NCBI RefSeq assembly: GCF_006345805.1
Contig: NW_021837023.1
Coordinates: 1-56,023, forward strand
From: Octopus sinensis
Lineage: Eukaryota
Length of the DNA: 56,023 nt
Direction: 5' to 3'
Below the pieces are notes generated by a model that ran no database searches, was not told where the DNA came from, and saw only the letters and a program-made list of their open reading frames with translations. Shown in pieces: positions 39,401 to 51,325 of the stretch. The position numbers and the translations under genes were made by a program. Within the stretch, counting starts at the first letter, position 1. Each line of letters begins with the position of its first letter.

Positions 39401-41803
39401 ATATATATACTAGCAGTATCGCCCGGCGTTGCTCGGGTTTGTAAGGGAAATAACTATATAAGCATGTTTAGAGAGTTATAGCCAAAAAATAGCAAAAAAA
39501 TGCATTAAAAATGGAAAAAAAATTATGGTAAATTTTTTTTTAAATCGTTGACTCATCGTAGACATTTTTAGAGAGTTACTTCCCTTATATAATAGCGAAA
39601 AAATGCATTAAAATGGAAAAAAATGATGGTAAATTTGTATGTAAATATGTATGTATGTAAATATGTATGTATGTATGTACGTATGTATGTATGTATGTAT
39701 GTATGCAAGCATGCATGTATGTATTATATATATACTAGCAGTATCGCCCGGCGTTGCTCGGGTTTGTAAGGGAATAACTATATAAGCATGTTTAGAGAGT
39801 TATAGCCAAAAAATAGCAAAAAAATGCATTAAAAATGGAAAAAAAATTATGGTAAATTTTTTTTTTAAATCGTTGACTCATCGTAGACATTTTTAGAGAG
39901 TTACTTCCCTTATATAATAGCGAAAAAATGCATTAAAATGGAAAAAAATGATGGTAAATTCTTTTTAAAATCGTAGACTCATCGTAGACGCGCGCTAATA
40001 CCCAGAAGGGCTCGATATGAATCACGACTATAAGATACTTGTTTTTGGTTAAACTGCACCGCAAAATGTGGGAGTAGTTAGGAATCTAAATCGAAGGGGA
40101 CAGACACAACTTGACTTTTATATATAAAGATGTGTGAGCCAGCAGCTAGAGTAAGGAGGCGCAATGGCCCAGTGGTTAGGGCAGTGGACTCACGGTCTGA
40201 GGATCGGGGTTTTGATTCCCAGACCGAGCGTTGTGAGTGCTTATTGAGCAAAAACACCTAAAGCTCCATGAGGCTCCGGCAGGGGGGTGGTGGTGACCCC
40301 TGTTGTACTCTTTCGCCCCAACTTTCTCTCACTCTTTCTTCCTGTAGAAAAGATTATTATTATTATTATTATCATTATTATTATTATTATTATTATTGAG
40401 TGAGAGAGCAGTTCATGCCATCAAAGTGACACTTTGATTGAAGCAGGATATTTGTGTGTAGAATGTGTGAGCCAGCTGCTAGAGTAAGGAGGCGCAATGG
40501 CCCAGTGGTTAGGGCAGTGGACTCACGGTCTGAGGATCGCGGTTTCGATTCCCAGACCGAGCGTTGTGAGTGCTTATTGAGCAAAAACACCTAAAGCTCC
40601 ACGAGGCTCCCGCAGGGGGTGGTGGTGACCCCTGTTGTACTTTTTTGCTCCAACTTTCTCTCACTCTTTCTTCCTGTTTCTTGTCCCCGACTTCCTACAC
40701 AACCGCTGAGCCTGGATGCGCATTCAATCCGTCGATGCTCTTGGTGTCGGGGGTTGACCTGCATTCTCTTCTGTGAGTCATCTCACGCAGGACTGTCACT
40801 TAGTACAAATCACAAAGACTGAGTGGGAGGTACTCATGCTGTTCAACAAACATTTATCACTACAATCCAATACAGATGTCTCTAGGGCAACCTCATTTGT
40901 CATTTCATCTACTGAAAGTCCTTATGGTGATAGAAGAGAGACAATATGTGCTGACCCAACCAGCTGGAATTACACAGTAAATTATGACTTTCATCTGTCC
41001 CCTATATTTCGAACCATGCAGATCTGCAACAGAACTGAATAGTCATCTTAGGGGTCATGGATGGAAACTTAGAAATGCCATTGACAATGAGAAAGCAAAA
41101 GAAGTTGGCTATCATCAATAAAGATGGAGCAATCGACATATTTCATTCCATATAGGCTACCTCTGATGAGCACAGGGTTACATAATCAGATTGTTACTTA
41201 ACACTCTGTTAAAACCCTAGTGTGAAACCATTTGGTAAGATAGGTCATAATGGATATATAATACTGTACACTTCAGATAATATATATACATATATATATA
41301 TATATGAACAAAAGTTAATGTTTTGGCTTAAGACACAGCTAAGAATAAACTCGAAGACTCCACTTACCATTAATGTGCAAAACCATCTATCTTCTCCCAT
41401 GTCTTTGATGAGGAAATCGAAAGCCTCATTGACTGTAGTGGAATACGTTGGTAACACATCCATAATGGCATCACATCTGTATACACTAAAACAACCAGGA
41501 CTGCAGAGAACAGAACCTAGAATGTCTTCAGCAGACTTTTTATCAAAGAGAATTGAAAAAAAAATTAACAAAAGAAATATATAATTAAAACAAATTAAAT
41601 AAAACTTTTTTTTATTGATATTTATTATCATAGTCGCAAGAGTGGCTGTGTGTTAAGTAGCTTGCTTACCAACCACATGGTTCCGGGTTCAGTCCCACTG
41701 CGTGGCACCTTGGGCAAGTGTCTCCTACTATAGCCTCGGGCCGACAAAAGCATTCTGAGTGGATTTGGTAGACGGAAACTGAAAGAAGCCTGTCGTATAT
41801 ATG

Positions 41804-41834
<31 letters not shown>

Positions 41835-43050
41835 ATGTTTGTGTGTCTGTGTTTGTCCCCCTAGCATTGCTTGACAACCGATGCTGGTGTGTTTACGTCC
41901 CCCGTTACTTAGCGGTTCGGCAAAGAGAGACCGATAGAATAAGTACTGGGCTTACAAAGAATAAGTCCCGGGGTCGATTTGCTCGACTGAAAGGCGGTGC
42001 TCCAGCATGGCCGCAGTCAAATGACTGAAACAAGTAAAAGAGTAAAAGAGTAAAGAGAGATCCCAGGCTTAAAAACTAGCAGACAAGCAGAATTGCTAGA
42101 GTGCCTGGAAAAAGGGCTTATTAATGTTATTGTTAGGGTTTTCTTTTATTCTTTTACTCTTTTACTTGTTTCAGTCATTTGACTGCGGCCATGCTGGAGC
42201 ACCGTCTTTTAGTCGAGCAACTCGACCCCGGGACTTATTCTTTTTTGTAAGCCCAGTACTTATTCTATCGGTCTCTTTTGCCGAACCGCTAAGTAACGGG
42301 GACATAAACACACCAGCATCGGTTGTCAAGCAATGCTAGGGGAACAAACACAGACACACAAACACACACACGCACATACACATACATATATACAACGAGC
42401 TTCTTTCAGTTTCCGTCTACCAAATCCATCACAAGGCTTTGGTCGGCCCGAGGCATAGTAGAAGACACTTGCCCAAGGGCCACGCAGTGGGATGAACCGG
42501 AACCATGTGGTTGGTTAGCAAGCTACTTACCACACAGCCACTCCTGCGCCTATACAATATAATATATATACATACACACCAAATATATATATATACATAT
42601 ATACGACAGCTTCTTTCAGTTTCCGTCTACCAAATCCACTCACAAGGCATTGGTCGGCCCGGGGCTATAGCAGAAGACACTTGCCCAAGGTGCCACGCAG
42701 TGGGACTGAACCCGGAACCATGTGGTTGGTTAGCAAGCTACTTACCACACAGACACTCCTGCATCTTGTTTAAGATATAAAGAAAAGAAAGACCAACAAA
42801 CACTCATGTTCCTTATGGACAATGTTTAAAGTTACCTTTTGAAACCAGTGACCAATGGCATACTCAAACTTCTGATACCAAATGAGGGGCCCAGAGCCAA
42901 GAGGGTGCGTTCTGGCACACACCGCTCCAACAGATTCATCGCGAGTCATCAGATCAAGGAGAGCTTCCACTGAGTCGGGGGTGAAAAACACATCAGCATC
43001 TGTGGTCAGGATGAAACCCTCAGAATTCTCTGAAACTACAAGTAAAATGG

Positions 43051-43081
<31 letters not shown>

Positions 43082-43439
43082 GTTATTATTGAGTGAGAGA
43101 GCAGTGCATGCCATCAAAGTGACACTGGGGTAAAATATACGAAGCCCAATATACCCATCATGACTACCGTCTAATAAGGGTACACCAGGCACATGCATCA
43201 CGACAATATGTGCGCGACATGGTGATCTCATATCAAGATAAACAGCACATGACCTTGCAGGTGGGGCCCAGTTAGAATTTTTTCAGGTTCAGTAGCCCAT
43301 CCCGCTGAAAAGATCCCTGAATAAGGGTGTAAGGATGTTGAAAGAACCACCCATGTTCCAGAGGTGAATTATTCAAACCCCAAAGAATCCCTCTCAACAC
43401 ATGGCTATTATTAATTATTATTATTATTATTATTATTAT

Positions 43440-43474
<35 letters not shown>

Positions 43475-46400
43475 GAGTGAGGGAGCAGTGTATGCCATCA
43501 AGTTACACTGGGGTAAAATATATGAAGCTCAATATACCATCATGACTACCCATGGATAAGGGTAAATAAGGCACTATAATTATTATTATTATTATTCATT
43601 ATTATTATATTATGAGAGAGCAGTGCATGCCATCAAAGTGACACTGGGGTAAAATATATGAAGCTCAATATACCCATCATGACTACCCATCTGATAAGGG
43701 TACACTAGGACTATAATTATTAATTATTATATCATTATTATATTATTATTGAGAGAGCAGTGCATGCCATCAAAGTGACACTGGGGTAAAATATATGAAG
43801 CTCAATATACCCATCATGACTACCCATCTGATAAGGGTACACTAGGCACTATAATTATTATTATTATTATTATCATTATTATTATTATTATTGAGAGAGC
43901 AGTGCATGCCATCAAAGTGACACTGGGGTAAAATATATGAAGCTCAATATACCCATCATGACTACCCATCTGATAAGGGTACACTAGGCACTATAATTAT
44001 TATTATTATTATTATCATTATTATTATTATTATTGAGAGAGCAGTGCATGCCATCAAAGTGACACTGGGGTAAAATATATGAATCTCAATATACCCATCA
44101 TGACTACCCATCTGATAAGGGTAACTAGGCACTATAATTATTATTATTATTATATTACATTATGATATTATTATTATTGAGAGAGCAGTGCATGCCATCA
44201 AAGTGACATGGGGTAAAATATATGAAGCTCAATATACCCATCATGACTAACCATCTATGATAGGGTACACTAGGCACTATAATTATTATTATTATTATTA
44301 TCATTATTATTATTATTATTGAGAGAGCAGTGCATGCCATCAAAGTGACACTGGGGTAAAATATATGAAGCTCAGCATACCCATCGTGACTACCCATCTG
44401 ATAAGGGTACACCAGGCACATGCATCACAACCATATGTGCGTGACATGGTGATCTTATATCAAGATAAACAGCACATGACCTTGCAGGTGGGGCCCAGTG
44501 AGAATTTTCTTCAGGTCAAGTAGCCCATCCTGCTCAAAAGGTCCCTGAATAAGGGTTGAACAAAACACCCATGTCTCCAGAGGTGAATTATCCTAACCCC
44601 AAAGAATCCCTCTCAACACATGGCTATGATGCTCCCCCACTACTTCTGCTTGTGATCAGGGATGCACATATCGTCAGCCACTAAGGGACATGCTCAACTG
44701 GCTAAGGTCAAACAACTGACAAGCAAATCTGTGGTATTGAGCAGAATATTTGCTGTAGCCCATCTTTTATACCAAAAGATATGTAATGTATAGGCAGTTG
44801 AAAAGAACACTTTTAACAAAAAAAAACATTAAACGATAGAATTGTAGTTGCGGGTGGGCCCCCTTAATCTCCTAGCAACCAATATTTTTAGACCCAGTGT
44901 GCCAATGCACACATATATATATATATATTTATTTCTTTACTGCCCAGAAGGGGCTAAACATAGAGGGGCCAAACAAGGACAGACGAAGGGATTGAGTCAA
45001 TTATATCGACCCCAGTGCGAAACTGGTACTTTATTTATCGACCCCGAAAAGATGAAAGGCAAAGTTGACCTCGGCGGAATTTGAACTCAGAATGTAACGG
45101 CAGACGAAATACCTATTTCTTTACTACCCACAAGGGGCTAAACATAGAGGGAACAAACAAGGACAGACGAAGGGATTGAGTCGATTATATCGACCCCAGT
45201 GCGAAACTGGTACTTTATTTATCGACCCCGAAAGGATGAAAGGCAAAATTGACCTCGGCGGAATTTAAACTCAGAACGTAACAACAGACGAAATACCGCT
45301 AAGCATTTCGCCCGGCGTGCTAACGTGTCTGCCAGCTCGTCGCCTATATATATATATCAACATCAATGGAAATTGCAGCTGTGATACTAGTGCCGGTGGC
45401 ACGTAAGAGAACCATCCGAACGTGGCCATTGCCAGCGCCACCCCGACTGGCCTCGTGCTGGTAGCACATAAAAAGCACCATCCGTTCGTGGCCGTTGCCA
45501 GCCTCGCCTGGCCCCCGTGCCGGTGGCACGTAAAAAGCACCATCCGATCGTGGCCATTTTTCAGCCCTGTCTGGCACCTGTGCCGGTGGCATGTTAAAAG
45601 CACCCACTACACTCACGGAGTGGTTGGCATTAGGAAGGGCATCCAGCCGTAGAAACATTGCCAGATCAGACTGGGCCTGGTGCAGCCTTCAGGCTTCCCA
45701 GACCCCAGTAGAACCGTCCAACCCATGCTAGAATGGAGAGCGGATGCTAAACGATGATGATGATGATGATATATTGAGTACTACATGAACTTGAATTTAC
45801 CGTGTTGTTCTTTCAGCAAGTAATCCAGAGCATATGACATATACATTACTTGGCTCCATCGTTTCTTATTCTTCACCTATAGAGAAATAAACAAATAAAT
45901 AAATAAATAAATAAAATAAACAGAAAGATAGATAGACAGGCATATATATCTAAGCAGCTATTCGAGTATGATCGTTACCAGCGTCGCCTTACTGGCACTC
46001 ATGCCTGTGCTAGTAGGCTGCCAAGAGCACCATCCGAGCGTGATCGTTGCCAGAGCAGCCAACTGGCTTCCATACCCGTGGCACGTAAAAGGGCACCATT
46101 CGAGCATGATCGTTACCAGCGTCACCTTAGTGGCACCTATGCCTGTGCTAGTAGGGTGCCAAGAAAACCATCCGAGCGTGATCGTTGCCAGAACAGCCAA
46201 CTGGCTTCCGTACCCAAGGCACATAAAAGGGTACCATTTGAGCGTGATCGTTACCAACGTCACTTCACTGGAACTTATGCCTGTGCTAGTAGGGTGCCAA
46301 GAAAACCATCCGAGCATGATCGTCGCCAGAGCAACCAACTGGCTTCCATACCCGTGGCACATAATAGGGCAGCATTCGAGTGTGATCGTTACCAACGTCG

Positions 46401-48047
46401 CTTTACTGGCACCTGTGCTGGTGGCACGTGTAAAAAGATTCGAGTGAGGTCATTGCCAGTACCGCCTGACTGGCCCCCGTGCAGGTGGCACGTAAAAAGC
46501 ACCCACTACACCCTCGGAGTGGTTGTGTTAGGAAGGGCATCCAGCTGTAGAAACTCTGCAAGATCAAGAGGAGTCTGGTGCAGCCATCTGGTTGCCAAAA
46601 TCGTCCAACTCATGCTAGCATGGAAAACGGACGTTAAACGATGATGATGATGACATATGGGGGAAAGCACTCCGTTGGTTACGACGACGAGGGTTCCGGT
46701 TGATCCGAATCAACGGAACAGCCTGCTCGTGAAATTAATGCGTAAGTGGCTGAGGACTCCATCGACACGTGTACCCTTAACGTAGTTCTCGGGGATATTC
46801 AGCGTGACACAGAGAGTGACAAGGCCGGCCCCTTGAAATACAAGTACAACAGAAACAGGAAGTAAGAGTGAGAGAAAGTTGTGGCGAAAGAGTACAGCAG
46901 GGATCACCACCATCCCCTGCCGGAGCCTCGTGGAGCTTTTAGGTGTTTTCGCTCAATAAACACTCACAACGCCCAGTCTGGGAATCGAAACCGTGATCCT
47001 ATGACCGTGAGTCCGCTGCCCTAACCACTGGGCCATTGCGCCTCCACAATGATGACATATATTGAACAGTAAAATGAATGCTCAACACTGTATTGGTAGA
47101 TAAATATTCTTTATTTGTAGGTTAACAAGGCATCAATGATTATCAATTTACTAATAAATAATTATTAACTCTTAACTCACCGCTTTCTTCTCCTAATTAA
47201 ATAAGGATTATATACTTAATTTGTATCTACTGATTTTGGAAACTTTATGTCCCAGAGACATGAGGTATTAAACCAGTGTGTTCTTGGATGTAATCATCCC
47301 TTTAAGAGGTTAATATATCTTCTAATTAACTTAAATATATAATATATGCATGTATGTATGTAAGTATGTATGCATGTATGTATGAATGTAAGTATGTATA
47401 ATGTATACATTCACACACAAATACATATACCTATCTACATATATATATTTATGGGTGTATGTATATATATATATAAGTATATATATATATATATATAATA
47501 GAAATATTAAAATTACTAAGTCTCTCTAAAAGAGAACACGGCAGCGTTCCTGGAAATTAATAGTTATCGCCATACTACGCTACATTGACAAGGGGCAATA
47601 CCCCGAAACGCATCTGTAGCTGTCGATCAAGTAGTGTGGAGCGACTGACCTCCCTTGTTCGAAGGTTATATGGATACAGTTTGTGTATCAAATAGCTAAC
47701 TTAAGGCGATGGCCTAATGGAGCTAATAAGCGGATAGCTTTATTCTTATTTTTATAAGAATGCCATATTAGTATGGCGATAACTATATATATATAAATAT
47801 ATATATATGTATATATATATGAATAAATGAAAGAATGGAGTCGAACGAAGATGTTAACAAAATTCCTTTACTCTCGACACATGTTTCGAAGACAGCATGT
47901 TTTCATTCCAAATTTCTACACATGAACCCGGAATTTCTACCCTTGACAGGTCGCTTCAACTGTGTTTTCTGACGTGAATTTGCTACCCAGGTTCGGTTAA
48001 ACGAATTTTCCATGCTGACGATAAACATAGGATAATTCATTCACCTA

Positions 48048-48124
<77 letters not shown>

Positions 48125-48194
48125 ATAAATACATATATGTATATATAGATGTAGGTATATATATATAAGTATATATATATTTATAGATGTATGT

Positions 48195-48288
<94 letters not shown>

Positions 48289-49745
48289 AATAAAGAAGAA
48301 AGAAAGAAAGAAAGAAAGAAACAAAGCAGAATATTAACCAGGCAGAAAGAAACTGCCTTTTGGTGATGGCAGCCAATATGATTCAACACAAACCTTCAAG
48401 TTGTCTTTGAGGTGGATACAGAATTTCATTCTGTTCTTACCCCCAGGCGCTGGTAGCTTCCATTTCAGACATATTCCATATGGGGTCTTCAACTGTCTGC
48501 AGTTCTTGGGAGAAATATCTAAGAAAAATAGCAGAGAAAATCTCAGAATGGCGATGTTCATGAGGTATAAATGCTTGTGTGTGTGTATGTTTGTGCTCCT
48601 TTATATGCAAATAGACAGGCGCAGGAGTGGCTGTGTGTTAAGTAGCTTGCTTACCAGCGACATGGTTCCGGGTTCAGTCCCACTGTGTGGGACCTTGGAC
48701 AAGTGTCTTCTGCTATAGCCCCAGGCCGAAGAGATACTACCAGGCACAGGAGTGGCTGTGTGGTAAGTAGCTTGCTTACCAACCACATGGTTCCGGGTTC
48801 AGTCCCACTGCGTGGCACCTTGGGCAAGTGTCTTCTGCTATAGCCCCGGGCCGACCAATGCCTTGTGAGTGGATTTGGAAGACGGAAACTGAAAGAAGCC
48901 CATCGTATATATGTATATTTATATATGTGTGTGTGTGTGTGTCTGTGTTTGTCCCCCTAGCATTTCTTGTCAACCGATGCTGGTGTGGTTACGTCCCCGT
49001 CCACTTAGCGGTTTGGCAAAAGTGACCGATAGAATAAGTACTGGGCTTCCAAAGAATAAGTCCCGGGGTCGAGTTGCTCGACTAAAGGCGGTGCTCTAGC
49101 ATGGCCGCAGTCAAAATGACTGAAACGAGTAAAAAGAGACTGATAGAATAAGTACTGGGCTTGCAAAGAATAAGTCCCGGGGTCGAGTTGCTCGACTAAA
49201 AGGCGGTGCTCCAGCATGGCCGCAGTCAAATGACTGAAACAAGTAAAAGAGACCGATAGAATAAGTACTGGGCTTACAAAGAATAAGTCCCGGGGTCGAT
49301 TTGCTCGACTAAAGGCGGTGCTCCAGCATGACCGCAGTCAAATGACTGAAACAAGTAAAAGAGTAAAAGAGAGAGAGAGAGAGTATTTTCCAAATTTATT
49401 GAAACAAAAGCAGAAATATATTTTTTCTGGTTTCTTACAAGAGTTTTTTGTTGATTTAGTACTTACCTAAAGTTGATGGCAGTAAGGAGAGCAACTGGAG
49501 AGCAAATTCTGTTGGTTTTGAACCCTTGACACCTCCATCAAAAAAGACGTGGGATTCGAAATGCCTGATGCTTTCAAATTGTGCCACGTTTACTCTGTTG
49601 ATGGATTCCAGAAGTTGCTTCATTTCGTAATCAGCCTTTTTGTTTATTTTTGTAGTTGTAGCATTGTTGTTGTAAGTAAAACAAGATAGAGAAAATTTAT
49701 GAGTTTTTTTTTTTGCTTTTTGAGGTGACAGGGCATAATAATATA

Positions 49746-49780
<35 letters not shown>

Positions 49781-49865
49781 TAATAATAGCAATAACAATA
49801 ATAATACAATAATATAATAATAATAAAATAATAAGAATAATAATAATAACAATAATAGCAATAAC

Positions 49866-49897
<32 letters not shown>

Positions 49898-50062
49898 TAA
49901 TAATAATAATATTAACAATAATGCAATAACAATATAGCAATAACAATAATAATAATAATAATAATATATAACAATAATAACAATAATTAATAATAATATA
50001 ATAATAATAATAATAATAACAATAATAATAAACAATAATAATAATAATAATAATAATATAAC

Positions 50063-50100
<38 letters not shown>

Positions 50101-50129
50101 TAATAGCAATAACAAAATAGCAATAAAAA

Positions 50130-50169
<40 letters not shown>

Positions 50170-50324
50170 TAATAACGATAATAACAATGATGATGATGAT
50201 AATAATAATAATGATAATGATAATACATCTAATGATAATAATAATGAAATAATAATGATAATGATAATAATAATGATGATGAATAATAATAATATAATAA
50301 CGGATGATGATGATGATAATAATA

Positions 50325-50356
<32 letters not shown>

Positions 50357-50512
50357 CGATGATGATGATGATAATAATAATAATAATATAATATATTGAT
50401 AATAATAATAATATGATAATAATAATAATAATAATAATAATGATAATAACGATGATGATGATGATGATAATATAATAATAATAACAATAATAATAATAAT
50501 AATAATAATAAC

Positions 50513-50562
<50 letters not shown>

Positions 50563-51000
50563 TAATAATAATATCTACAGACTTGTACTCCTTAGAGGAG
50601 CAAAAGTGGGAGGGTGTCAAGGTAGAAGATATAAGATCTGCTCTCTGGAGGTCAAGCAAATGGAAGTCTCCAGGAAAGGATAAAATTCTTAACTTCTGGT
50701 TGAATGACTTCACAGAGAGCCATGAACTGCTAACATAACTTTACAATGATGTTTTGCAACACCCTAGTAGGATGCCTCCTTGGCTAGTTAATGGTTTAAC
50801 ATTCCTGCTTCCAAAAAGTGAAGAAACAAATGAACCAAAAAACTATAGACCCATAACCTGCTTAACCCAGTCCAACACCTAATAATATGGTTGAAGGTAG
50901 ATAGACATATACATAGTTGGATAGATAGACAGAGAAATAGAGAGACATAGACAAATAGACACAGAGACAGGAGATAGAAGATAGACAGACAGGCAGACAT

Positions 51001-51069
<69 letters not shown>

Positions 51070-51082
51070 CAGACAGGCAGAC

Positions 51083-51116
<34 letters not shown>

Positions 51117-51276
51117 GCACATAGATAGATAGATAGATACATATATAGATAGACAGATAGTTAGATAGGTAGGTTGGTAGGTAAATATATATATATATAT
51201 AGATTGTTAGATAGATAGACAGACAGATAGAAAGATAAATAGGTAGATAGACAGATAGATAGGTAGGTAGGTAGGT

Positions 51277-51325
<49 letters not shown>

